Below are positions 1-8,631 of a stretch of DNA of 64,000 bases, in pieces. Below the pieces are notes generated by a model. It saw only the letters and a list, made by a program, of their open reading frames with translations, searched no databases and had not been told where the DNA came from. Positions within the stretch are counted from its first letter, which is position 1. Each line of letters begins with the position of its first letter. The position numbers and the translations under genes are program-made. Source of the stretch: Steroidobacteraceae bacterium (lineage in GTDB: Bacteria; Pseudomonadota; Gammaproteobacteria; Steroidobacterales; Steroidobacteraceae); contig DATAUO010000093.1 in NCBI GenBank assembly GCA_036268215.1, positions 245-64,244 on the forward strand, read 5' to 3'.

Positions 1-220
1 CGCCCCGCCCGTCGGTCGCGGCGGAGATCAGCGGCATGAACAGTCGGCACTCGCGGATGCGCTGCCGGATGGTCTGGTCCCAGGCGTCGCCGCCGCGCAG
101 CTCGCTCTTGTCGAACCACACTTCGATGGCGGCAGCCCTCAACGCCTCGCAAATGCGTTGGGCCGGCTCCGCATCCTCGGAGGCATAGCTCAGGAACACG
201 GCGCGCGATGTCTCCGTCAT
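1..220 (-). CDS. TIR domain-containing protein, N-terminal fragment (gene runs off the window start)
   Basis: Reverse translation from ATG at 218-220 gives MTETSRAVFLSYASEDAEPAQRICEALRAAAIEVWFDKSELRGGDAWDQTIRQRIRECRLFMPLIS. This is about three quarters identical by eye to the N-terminus of the 9422-11497 TIR protein. The FLSYA..D and WFD..L..G motifs are typical of bacterial TIR domains. Confidence 0.8.
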   Translation of the reverse strand, partial: MTETSRAVFLSYASEDAEPAQRICEALRAAAIEVWFDKSELRGGDAWDQTIRQRIRECRLFMPLISAATDGRG

Positions 221-301
221 CGAACTCATGTTCCCGGTGGCATCAGTCGAGGGCCCCTCCCTATTCACAACTATACGCGCGTAAATCAGCCAGCATGGCG
301 G

Positions 302-1684
302 TCAAGGTAGAGGGCGAAAGTGTCGGTAGGCGACCTTGCCGTCGACCAGAGGTCCGATATGCCACTCAAGCCGACCTCGAGCAAACGCTGCTACGTAGAC
401 GTCCGCTCCATCGGAATCCGTGCCTCTGTAAGTCAAGGATTTGAGCTCGCCCAATCCATCGATGAGCGCCTTGATTTTCGGCAATTGCCGGTTTACCGAC
501 GCTGCGAGCTGCGGTGACATCTCCTGGTAATTCGGACTGCCTTGCGCCACCGAAAGGATGTAACGACGCAGAGAATCCTCTGTCCCCGGACCAGCAGGCC
601 CGCTCTTGAGAGGCCCGCCGGGATTGTCCGGCTGCAGCGGCGTCGATACCGCCGAGTCGGATACTTCTCGCACCAGCAGGGGTCCCATGCCAACGACGAT
701 GGCCAGCGCCATGAGGGGCACCCACGACCAAGGATTGCCAAAATTTGGCGTCCAGCCGATCCCCATGCGTTTCTCGACCAGCAAGGCCCGATCGGTTGGG
801 TTGAAGTAGATGAGTCCTCCGATCCAACGTGCGTCCGCAGTGCGATCTCCGGCCGGTCGACCGCCTGTTGTCGTCAGCCGCGCGCCCCCTTGGCCGGCGC
901 GCATCAGGCCTATTACGAACGCGATGACGGTGACGAGGAGCGCCACGCTCCAGAGTCTGATGGCGAGAGCGGGTGCTTGCAGCAGACTAAATGCCGGCGG
1001 CATTATCGTAAAATACTCAACCGTGAGTATCACTAGAATGCTGCGGCGTCGGAACTGGCGCTCCGCTGCTGCGGATGGTCCCGACGTGGAGATGCGTCGC
1101 GACCAGTGCAGCACTCCCAATGCCGACGCGGTAAGCAAAAGGCATGCAAACGCGTGCACCATCAGGAGCCCGATGATCGCCCGAGGAGATGTGATCACCC
1201 ACCGATCCGGACCGCCAAATCCCCAATGAACCGGAAGTCGGTGCGGCAGCCGGTCCATATGCGATACGGCCCACGAGCCCAAGCCGATGAGCGCGACGAA
1301 CGGCAGCAACGTTGCTGAAATACCTCCTGGAATGTGCTCTTTGGGGGCCGACAGATCGATTTCGATCGTCGTTGAGCGCGCGGTTGCATGGATCAGCGCC
1401 CGGCGATGCGATGCCACCTGCGCACCGCAGGCGCCGACCAGGTAAACGAGAAATGCGGCCCCGACTCGATCGAGCATCCCTATGAGAGCGCCCGCCGCGA
1501 TGGAGCTGCACCAAAGAGCGATGCGATAGTCGCGAAGTATGCGGCGAGCCTCATCGGAGGCCCGAAACGCAGGGTCCACGGTAACTCCAAAGAACACATC
1601 CGGCCGCGTGAGCTGAGGCAGGTAGTGGCCCAGCGCACTCATCGAAAAAAGGCCGATCGAGACGAGGATGGTTGCTGTGCTCAT
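302..1684 (-). CDS. Polytopic membrane protein, DUF1648/SdpI-like, partner of the adjacent GntR regulator
   Basis: ORF 302-2017 was trimmed to ATG 1682-1684 (MSTATILVSIGLFSMSALG...), 4 nt below the GntR stop. It has multiple hydrophobic helices and an 'LPHRLPVHWGFGGPDRW' motif typical of DUF1648 membrane proteins. The discarded upstream part overlaps the GntR gene and is Arg-rich noise. Confidence 0.75.
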   Translation of the reverse strand: MSTATILVSIGLFSMSALGHYLPQLTRPDVFFGVTVDPAFRASDEARRILRDYRIALWCSSIAAGALIGMLDRVGAAFLVYLVGACGAQVASHRRALIHATARSTTIEIDLSAPKEHIPGGISATLLPFVALIGLGSWAVSHMDRLPHRLPVHWGFGGPDRWVITSPRAIIGLLMVHAFACLLLTASALGVLHWSRRISTSGPSAAAERQFRRRSILVILTVEYFTIMPPAFSLLQAPALAIRLWSVALLVTVIAFVIGLMRAGQGGARLTTTGGRPAGDRTADARWIGGLIYFNPTDRALLVEKRMGIGWTPNFGNPWSWVPLMALAIVVGMGPLLVREVSDSAVSTPLQPDNPGGPLKSGPAGPGTEDSLRRYILSVAQGSPNYQEMSPQLAASVNRQLPKIKALIDGLGELKSLTYRGTDSDGADVYVAAFARGRLEWHIGPLVDGKVAYRHFRPLP

Positions 1685-1688
1685 GGGA

Positions 1689-2072
1689 TCAAAAGCCCTC
1701 CAGAGCCTTTGCGATACGACGTAACTCTCGCGCCAGCGACGAGGGTGCCGCCCCGCTCGCTTGAATCTGGGCGATGAGCTCCTCGATGCGGCGTCGATAT
1801 GTCGCCGCCTCCGGTTTGGAGGCGACCGGCATCGAGCGCTCCTTGACCTGCGCTCCTCCGCGGGCGCTGATGTGCAGCCATCCCTCCCGCGCCAGCTCGC
1901 GATATGCCTGTGCCACGGTATTGAAATGAACGCCGATATCCAGCGCCAGCCGACGCACGGCAGGTAACGAATCACCCGGGGCGAGGTCGCCTTTGACCAA
2001 TGCAACTCGCAGCCCATCGACTATTTGCCGGTAGACCGGAGTCGCCGACTCAGCGTCGATGCGAAGAATCAT
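1689..2072 (-). CDS. GntR family transcriptional regulator (short YtrA-like subfamily)
   Basis: 127 aa. The N-terminal winged helix 'PVYRQIVDGLRVALVKGDLAPGDSLPAVRRLALDIGVHFNTVAQAYRELAREGWL' is the canonical GntR HTH. The short C-terminal tail is typical of YtrA-type members. Confidence 0.9.
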   Translation of the reverse strand: MILRIDAESATPVYRQIVDGLRVALVKGDLAPGDSLPAVRRLALDIGVHFNTVAQAYRELAREGWLHISARGGAQVKERSMPVASKPEAATYRRRIEELIAQIQASGAAPSSLARELRRIAKALEGF

Positions 2073-2080
2073 GCCACCTC

Positions 2081-2106
2081 TGTATACTGTATATGTACAG
2101 TATACA
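2081..2106. promoter_or_regulatory. Near-perfect 26-bp palindrome, probable GntR/YtrA operator
   Basis: TGTATACTGTA-TATG-TACAGTATACA: 11-bp inverted arms around a 4-bp centre. It is AT-rich in a GC-rich genome and starts 9 nt upstream of the GntR start codon (2070-2072). Confidence 0.55.
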
Positions 2107-2139
2107 GATGTTGAGCCTTATGCGCAAAATCGGCTCAGG

Positions 2140-3024
2140 CTACAGGGAGCAGAGCGTCATCCCGGCGATGATCGCGGCGATGCAGACATACTGCCGGGGA
2201 GTGATCCGCTCCTTGAGCACCAGTGCGGCGTAGATGATGGTGACGACCGGATAGGAGCCGATCAGCGGGGTGACGATGGAGATCGGGCCATGGCGCGCGG
2301 CGATGATGAGCCCCAGGCTGCCGCCGGCCATCATGCCCATCGGAACGAACGAGTGCGCCCACGCCCGCACCGAGTGCGGCCCGCCGCGCCCGCGCAGCAA
2401 TCCGAATACGCCGAGGGTGAGCGCGCCGCCGATGGAGCTGCAGACCGCCAGGTTGGCCTCGTTCGCACCGGGCAGCGAGTACGAGTACTTGATGAGGGTG
2501 TTCGACGTGGCCCAGGAAACCAGCGCCATCAGGGAGAGCGGGATCCAACGACGGCTCGTGGTCTGGCTCTCCGTGCCGGAGGGCGCGTGCGACAGCCCGA
2601 GGCAGCCGGCGACCACGAGGGTGACCGCCACGTATTGCAGGGGGGAGAGGTGCTCGCCGAGAAAAATGCGGGCGAACACGATCGTGAGCGCCGGATAGGC
2701 CGCGGACAGCGTGCCGACGATCGCCACGGGCCCGAGCACGACGGACTGGAAGTACAGGATCCATGCAGCGCCGTCGAAGAGATACGCGAGCACCCCGAAC
2801 ACCAGGAATTGCATGCCGCTTGCCGCCAGCAGCGGCGGATGGCCCTGCGTCAGGAAGAAGCCGAGGTTGACGATCGAGGTCGCGAGCACGTAGTAGAGGC
2901 AGAAGCGCGCCGGCGACACCTCGCCGATCCATTTCTTGGTGAGCCCCTGGCCGAGACCATAGAGCAGGAGCGCGATCAGCGCGGGAGTGAGCCAGACGTA
3001 AATCGGAACGATGTCTCCGGCCAT
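2140..3024 (-). CDS. EamA/DMT family transporter
   Basis: 294 aa with about 10 hydrophobic helices in two similar halves. Gly/Ala-rich TM segments are typical of the drug/metabolite transporter superfamily. Confidence 0.85.
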   Translation of the reverse strand: MAGDIVPIYVWLTPALIALLLYGLGQGLTKKWIGEVSPARFCLYYVLATSIVNLGFFLTQGHPPLLAASGMQFLVFGVLAYLFDGAAWILYFQSVVLGPVAIVGTLSAAYPALTIVFARIFLGEHLSPLQYVAVTLVVAGCLGLSHAPSGTESQTTSRRWIPLSLMALVSWATSNTLIKYSYSLPGANEANLAVCSSIGGALTLGVFGLLRGRGGPHSVRAWAHSFVPMGMMAGGSLGLIIAARHGPISIVTPLIGSYPVVTIIYAALVLKERITPRQYVCIAAIIAGMTLCSL

Positions 3025-3030
3025 GCCGCG

Positions 3031-3687
3031 TCAGCCGCTGCGTCGCCTGAGACCGGGTTGAGCCGCCACGGGGCCGACGCGGACGCGAGGCAGCCCGAAG
3101 CTGCGCTCGAGATACCGGCGCACCAGCTCGTCCTTGGCACGCTTGGCCTCGCGTTTGCTCAGGAACAGCAGCTGGACCGCGAGGCCGTCGACGAAGCTTG
3201 CCAGGGCGATTGCCTCCAGGCCGGTGTCGAGCGAGCGCTCCAGAACCCCATCCTCCTTGGCGATCGCGAGCTCCTCGTCGAAGAATTGCCGGCACTTGGT
3301 GTACCGCGACATCTGGATCGCGGTCAACTCCGTGTCGCCGATGGCGCGTCCGTTGAATGCCGTCAACACCAGCCAGGCCATGCGCGCCGACTCCGTGAGG
3401 GGGAGCAGGCACTCGCAGACGACGCGCAGTCTCGCGGCTCCTCGAAGCCGCTCACCGGCCTCGCGAGCGTTGTTCAGCATCTCGTCGATGAGGAGATTTT
3501 TGGTGTAGAGCAGCAACTCCTCCTTGCTGGCGAAGTAGTGCTGCAGGGGGCCCGTGGTGGTCCCGAGCGCGCGGGCGATATCCCGCATGTTCATCCGATG
3601 CAGCCCCCGCTCGATGATGGCGCGGCAGGTCGCGCGGGCGATGGCCTGTTTGCGGTCTTCCGGCGAGCCGGCCATTCGTGACGCCAA
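3031..3687 (-). CDS. TetR/AcrR family transcriptional regulator
   Basis: N-terminal HTH 'IARATCRAIIERGLHRMNMRDIARALGTTTGPLQHYFASKEELL' is the TetR signature. The gene is divergent from TonB-dependent receptor 1. Confidence 0.9.
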   Translation of the reverse strand: MASRMAGSPEDRKQAIARATCRAIIERGLHRMNMRDIARALGTTTGPLQHYFASKEELLLYTKNLLIDEMLNNAREAGERLRGAARLRVVCECLLPLTESARMAWLVLTAFNGRAIGDTELTAIQMSRYTKCRQFFDEELAIAKEDGVLERSLDTGLEAIALASFVDGLAVQLLFLSKREAKRAKDELVRRYLERSFGLPRVRVGPVAAQPGLRRRSG

Positions 3688-3764
3688 GTCTGATGCTCCT
3701 ATGAAGCGCTGTCGCGGACCGGCATGCCATCGCGGGCGCAGACGCTCTAGGACGACGACCGCGA

Positions 3765-3791
3765 TTGACGTGAAGCCGGCGTTAGTATAAT
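3765..3791 (+). promoter_or_regulatory. Candidate sigma70 promoter for TonB-dependent receptor 1
   Basis: TTGACG (3765-3770), a 15-nt spacer, then a perfect TATAAT (3786-3791) in an AT-rich island. The spacer is shorter than the optimal 17 nt. A GC hairpin GACGCCGG-CCG-CCGGCGTC follows at 3817-3835 in the leader. Confidence 0.35.
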
Positions 3792-3866
3792 TATTACAGA
3801 CATAATGAACAACGCCGACGCCGGCCGCCGGCGTCCGCGCCGGTCGAACTACGCAAGGGGACGGGG

Positions 3867-6500
3867 ATGAAATCCAACCTTTCAGCTGCGATCGCAGCCA
3901 TTCTGGGCGGCGTGTCGGCCGCGAGCTCGCTGGCCGCGGCCGCGGAATCCGGCACCGAAGCTCTCGAGGAGATCACCGTCACGGCCCAACGGCGCGAGCA
4001 AAGCATCCAGGACGTGCCGATCTCGATGCAGGCCCTGACCGGCCAGACCTTGCAGCAGCTCAACATCTCGACGTTCGACGACTACATCAAGTTCCTGCCC
4101 AACGTGACCAGCGCCAACAACGGACCGGGTCAGAGCGAGGTCTTCATGCGAGGCCTCTCCGCAGGCTCGCAGGCAAGCCAGGGCAGCTCATCGACCGGTC
4201 TGTATCCGAACGTCGCCATCTATCTCGACAATCAATCGGGCCAGCTGCCGAATCGCAATCTCGACATCTATGCCGCCGATCTCAACCGCATCGAGGTGCT
4301 GGAAGGCCCGCAGGGCACGCTGTTCGGCGCCGGCGCGGAAGCCGGCGTGATCCGCTACATCACCAACCAGCCCAAGATCGACGTGACCGAGGCCAGCGTC
4401 AAGGCGGGATACGGCACCACCGCTCACGGCGACAACAACGCGGACCTCACGGCCGTCCTGAACCTGCCCCTGATGCCCGAGCATCTGGCGGCGCGCGTCG
4501 TCATCTACGACGATCGGCGCGGCGGCTACATCGACAACGTGCCGGCCACCTTCGCCCGCAAGGACACGGACATCGGCATCCATTATGCGGGCTACCCGGC
4601 CGTGAACGGCGCTTGCCCCGACGGCCAGCCCAACAACGGCTATTGCGTGCCGCCGGGAAGCTCGACGGTGAGCAACGCGAGCATCGTGGGCCGGGCAATC
4701 AACCCGGTGACGTATCAGGGCGTGCGGGCCCAGCTCCTCTTCAAGATCAACGACGATTGGGACGCGCTGCTGGCGCAGACCTATCAGGAGATGCACTCGC
4801 AGGGCGTGTTCTACCAGCAGCCGAACGCCTCGGATGGCGCTCCCATGGCTCCGCTCGAGGTCACGCTCTTCAACCCGGCCTACAACAACGATGGCTTCGA
4901 GATGACGTCCCTGACGATCGACGGAAAGCTCGGGCCTCTCAAGGCCGTGTATACGGGCGGATATCTGGTGCGGCACGTCGAGCAGAGCGGCGACTACACC
5001 AATTATTCGCGCGGCGTCTATGCCGATTACTATCAGTGCTACGGGCTGTTCGATCTCTCGCCGACCTGCTTCTCGCCCAACGCGTACTGGCACACCGAGG
5101 AGCAGAACAAGCACATGCAACACGAGGTCCGGGTGAGCACGCCGGACGACTGGCGCGTGCGCGCCATCGCGGGCGCGTTCTACGAGGACAACCAGCTGTT
5201 CGATCACACGGCCTGGAGCTACAAGGGCGTCCCGGAGTGCACCGCGACCCGCACCACGGGTTGCTTCACCGACCTCGGCACCTTTCCCGGCAGTACGGTG
5301 GACCCCGCCGGAATCCGTCCCGCGAGCGAGTCGTTCTATCAGGACAACACGCGCGAGACCAAGCAGACGGCATTCTTTGCCTCGGTCGACGTCGACTTGA
5401 TCCCGAAGGCCTTGACGCTTACCGCGGGAACGCGCCACTTCCTGTTCGAGAACTCCTACAAGGGGAGCGTCATGTCGAGCTTCGGGTGCTATGAGGCCGG
5501 CACGCCGCCGGGAGGCTGCACCTCGTCGTCCTCGTACAATCTCGACGCGCAACATCTGCAGGGCTCGGAGTCGGGGTTCAAGAATCGCGCCAACCTCAAC
5601 TGGCACGTGACGCCGGACGTCATGTTGTACTACACCTGGTCTCAGGGGTTCCGGCCGGGCGGGTTCGACGAGAACGGGGGCACGCCTCACATCTACGGCA
5701 CGGACGGCAAGTACCAGTACCTGCTGCCGCGCTCCTGGGACTCCGACAAGCTCACCAACAACGAGCTCGGCTGGAAGACGGAGTTCTTCGACCACCGCTT
5801 CCAGTGGAACGGCGCCGTCTACCGCGAGAACTGGGACAACGTACAGATCTCGTTCTTCGACCCCGGCCTCGTCGGCAACCTGTTCTTCAATGCGAACGGA
5901 CAGAACTTCCTGGTCAAGGGCGTCGAGACTTCGATGGTGGCCCGCGTGTTCGGCGGACTGTCCCTGCAAGGGGCCGCGTCGTGGAACCAGACGCGCCAGA
6001 CGAATTCGCCGGCGCTGATGGACAACAATCCCGCGAGCGCCAATTACGGCCACCCGATCACGCAGGCCTGCGATTCCAGCGGCGGGAGCTGCACCGCCAT
6101 CACCAATCCGTTCGGCCCGGTGGGCTCGCCCACGGCGAACGCGCCGCCCATGCAATTCAGCGCGCGGGCACGCTATGAGTGGTCATTCCGCGACCACGAC
6201 TTCTTCGCGCAGTTCGGTGCCACTCACACGGGACACTCCTTCACGCAGGCGGGGTCGAACCCGACGTTCGCCGGCGCCGGCAACATCTCGACGTCGCGGC
6301 TGCGCTTCGAGAACGGCGCGTACTCGACCGTCTCGGCGTCGATCGGGGTGGCCAAGGATGCCTGGAACGTCATGCTGTTCGGCGAGAACCTGGCCAATTC
6401 GAACGCGTCCACGTTCACGAGCACCGACAACTTCATCGTCGAGCAGACGCCGCTTCGACCGCGCGTGCTCGGAGTCTCGTTCGGGTACAAGACCCAGTAA
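3867..6500 (+). CDS. TonB-dependent receptor (paralogue 1)
   Basis: 877 aa. It has a signal peptide (AAILGGVSAASSLAAAAES), plug-domain motifs 'EEITVTAQRREQSIQDVPIS' and 'IEVLEGPQGTLFGAGAEAG', and a long beta-barrel region with alternating aromatic and Gly residues. Confidence 0.95.
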   Translation: MKSNLSAAIAAILGGVSAASSLAAAAESGTEALEEITVTAQRREQSIQDVPISMQALTGQTLQQLNISTFDDYIKFLPNVTSANNGPGQSEVFMRGLSAGSQASQGSSSTGLYPNVAIYLDNQSGQLPNRNLDIYAADLNRIEVLEGPQGTLFGAGAEAGVIRYITNQPKIDVTEASVKAGYGTTAHGDNNADLTAVLNLPLMPEHLAARVVIYDDRRGGYIDNVPATFARKDTDIGIHYAGYPAVNGACPDGQPNNGYCVPPGSSTVSNASIVGRAINPVTYQGVRAQLLFKINDDWDALLAQTYQEMHSQGVFYQQPNASDGAPMAPLEVTLFNPAYNNDGFEMTSLTIDGKLGPLKAVYTGGYLVRHVEQSGDYTNYSRGVYADYYQCYGLFDLSPTCFSPNAYWHTEEQNKHMQHEVRVSTPDDWRVRAIAGAFYEDNQLFDHTAWSYKGVPECTATRTTGCFTDLGTFPGSTVDPAGIRPASESFYQDNTRETKQTAFFASVDVDLIPKALTLTAGTRHFLFENSYKGSVMSSFGCYEAGTPPGGCTSSSSYNLDAQHLQGSESGFKNRANLNWHVTPDVMLYYTWSQGFRPGGFDENGGTPHIYGTDGKYQYLLPRSWDSDKLTNNELGWKTEFFDHRFQWNGAVYRENWDNVQISFFDPGLVGNLFFNANGQNFLVKGVETSMVARVFGGLSLQGAASWNQTRQTNSPALMDNNPASANYGHPITQACDSSGGSCTAITNPFGPVGSPTANAPPMQFSARARYEWSFRDHDFFAQFGATHTGHSFTQAGSNPTFAGAGNISTSRLRFENGAYSTVSASIGVAKDAWNVMLFGENLANSNASTFTSTDNFIVEQTPLRPRVLGVSFGYKTQ

Positions 6501-6588
6501 TCCCGGCACGCCCCTAGGCGCGGATGGCGTTTCCGCGCACCCCGAGGCCGCTGCCTGCAACCCGCGCCCGTTTGGGGTACGCTAAGGC

Positions 6589-7551
6589 ATGGGCACAAAC
6601 GCAGGTGGCGTGACCGAGCTGCAGGTGTTCCTGGATGCGCATCCGCGCCGCTCCTATCGGCAGGGCGTGGGATCCATTCCGATCCAGGCGATTCGCCCGA
6701 GTGCTCAGCCCACGCGCAGCGACCCGAGGCCGGAGCTGCTCGCGGAGCTGGTGGCCTCGATCAAGGCCGGCGGCCTCATGCAGCCCCTCATCGTGCGGCC
6801 GGTCGCGGGCTTTCCGCATCAGTTCGAGGTGGTGGCGGGGGAGCGCCGCCTGAAGGCCGCGCAGCTGGCGGGACTCTCGAGCGTTCCGGTCATCATTCGC
6901 GACCTGAGCGATCCGGAAGCCGTTGCCGTCTCGCTGATCGAGAACATCCAGCGTGAGGAGCTGAGCGCCGGGGACGAGGCGCGTGCGCTCAAGCGGCTGA
7001 TCGAGGATTTTTCCCTGACGCACGAGGAGGTGGCGCAAGCCATCGGCCGCTCGCGGGCGTCGGTGAGCAACCTGCTGCGCCTGCTGGAGCTGCCGGCCGA
7101 GGTCACCGCGATGCTGGATGCGGGCACGATCAGCATGGGGCATGCGCGGGCGTTGCTCGGCCTCGAGGTCGCGGAGCAGCGGGTGCGCGTGGCGCAGATG
7201 ATCTGCGCGCGCCACTGGAGCGTGCGCGAAACCGAGTCGCAGGTGAGGAAGACGGCCGGCGCGGCCTCGACCACCGACGCGGGCAGCGCCCGTGTGCCTG
7301 CGCCGCGGCAGCCGGCCGCGGTCACCGAGTTCATGCGCGGCTCCGGCCTGCGCGCCGAGCTGCATCAGCGGGCCGACGGCTCGGGAAAGATCGTGATCGA
7401 GTTCGCGGATCAGCTTGCGCGCGATGCGGTGGTCGAGCGGCTGGGGGCGATCGAGGGGCTGAGGAGCATCGAGCAGCCTGGCAGTAACGAGCGGTCGGGG
7501 AGCCTCGAGCGGCATGGAAGCATCGGCCGGTCGGGGAAGATCGAGAGCTGA
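6589..7551 (+). CDS. ParB/Spo0J family protein (orphan, no adjacent ParA)
   Basis: It carries the ParB N-terminal box 'LMQPLIVRP....FEVVAGERRLKAAQLAGLSSVPVIIRDLSD', including the GERR CTP-binding motif. The HTH is 'THEEVAQAIGRSRASVSNLLRLLELP'. The C-terminal dimerisation-type segment is 'GKIVIEFADQLARDAVVERL'. Confidence 0.9.
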   Translation: MGTNAGGVTELQVFLDAHPRRSYRQGVGSIPIQAIRPSAQPTRSDPRPELLAELVASIKAGGLMQPLIVRPVAGFPHQFEVVAGERRLKAAQLAGLSSVPVIIRDLSDPEAVAVSLIENIQREELSAGDEARALKRLIEDFSLTHEEVAQAIGRSRASVSNLLRLLELPAEVTAMLDAGTISMGHARALLGLEVAEQRVRVAQMICARHWSVRETESQVRKTAGAASTTDAGSARVPAPRQPAAVTEFMRGSGLRAELHQRADGSGKIVIEFADQLARDAVVERLGAIEGLRSIEQPGSNERSGSLERHGSIGRSGKIES

Positions 7552-7596
7552 GGGCTCTGCTTGCATGGCGGCTGGACCCTAGGTAGACTTACAACC

Positions 7597-7902
7597 ATGG
7601 GTAAACGAGATCGTCCCGTGCGGATGTCGCTGCAGACGCTCAAGGTCCTCGAAGCCTTCCTGGAGAATTCGACCGAGGAGCTCTCGGGCGCCGACGTTCT
7701 GGGGCGCTGCGGCCTGGCCTCTGGAACCTTGTATCCCATTCTGATCCGACTCGAGTCCGCCGGATGGTTCGTCAGCCGGTGGGAATCCATCGATCCTTCG
7801 AGCGAGGGGCGTCCGCGACGGCGCCTCTATCGACTGACCGCGACCGGCGTGAGGCGCGCCGGAGAAGTGTTCGCCAGCTTTGGACGGGGTGTCTTTGCGT
7901 AG
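7597..7902 (+). CDS. PadR family transcriptional regulator
   Basis: 'LKVLEAFLENSTEELSGADVLGRCGLASGTLYPILIRLESAGWFVSRWE....RRRLYRLTATG' is the PadR winged-helix signature. The start is set at ATG 7597 (MGKRDRP) within ORF 7561-7902. Confidence 0.85.
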   Translation: MGKRDRPVRMSLQTLKVLEAFLENSTEELSGADVLGRCGLASGTLYPILIRLESAGWFVSRWESIDPSSEGRPRRRLYRLTATGVRRAGEVFASFGRGVFA

Positions 7903-7931
7903 GCCGTAAATCACCGCTGCCGGGAGGGCCC

Positions 7932-8171
<240 letters not shown>

Positions 8172-8197
8172 GGACTCGGCACAGGGGAGGGCGCGCG

Positions 8198-8605
8198 ATG
8201 GCAATGGCGATCGGCCGCGGCGAAGGCCAAGCGTATTCCAGCATCAACATGACGCCGCTGATCGATGTCATGCTGGTGTTGCTCATCATCTTCATCATCA
8301 CGATTCCGAGCCAGACGCACGCGGTCAAGATCGACAATCCCTTGCCGCCGCCGCCTCCGACGACCCGGACGGAGTCCGTCGACCTGTCGATCGATTTCGA
8401 CGGGACGGTCCTCTGTAATCGGCAGGCGGTCGATCGACGGGAGCTGCAGCGGTACATCGCGGTCTCCGCGGCGCTGACTCCGCAGCCCGAGGTGCACATC
8501 ACCGTCGACAAGTTCGCGCGCTATGAGATCGTGGCGCGGACGCTCGCTGACCTGCAGAGCCGCGGGCTTAAGAAAATCGGGTTCGTCGACAACGCGTACT
8601 TCTGA
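8198..8605 (+). CDS. exbD: ExbD/TolR family biopolymer transport protein
   Basis: 'SSINMTPLIDVMLVLLIIFIITIP' is the canonical ExbD N-terminal TM motif, followed by a periplasmic domain. No ExbB or TonB gene is adjacent. Confidence 0.9.
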   Translation: MAMAIGRGEGQAYSSINMTPLIDVMLVLLIIFIITIPSQTHAVKIDNPLPPPPPTTRTESVDLSIDFDGTVLCNRQAVDRRELQRYIAVSAALTPQPEVHITVDKFARYEIVARTLADLQSRGLKKIGFVDNAYF

Positions 8606-8631
8606 GCGGTTCGCTTGAGGAGATTCCAGGG

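Noticed and set aside
1685-2017. N-terminal extensions of several track ORFs, for example 302-2017, 28778-30727, 33575-34756, 36634-37647, 40870-41955, 48551-51211 and 51214-53373.
   Set aside because: The extensions overlap neighbouring genes or lack coding character. Internal ATG or GTG codons with Shine-Dalgarno-like sequences give products that begin with sensible signal peptides or domain starts.
6518-6538. The hairpin GCGCGGA-N7-TCCGCGC after TonB-dependent receptor 1, considered as an intrinsic terminator.
   Set aside because: It has a short 7-bp stem and no downstream U-tract, so it cannot be supported as a Rho-independent terminator from sequence alone.
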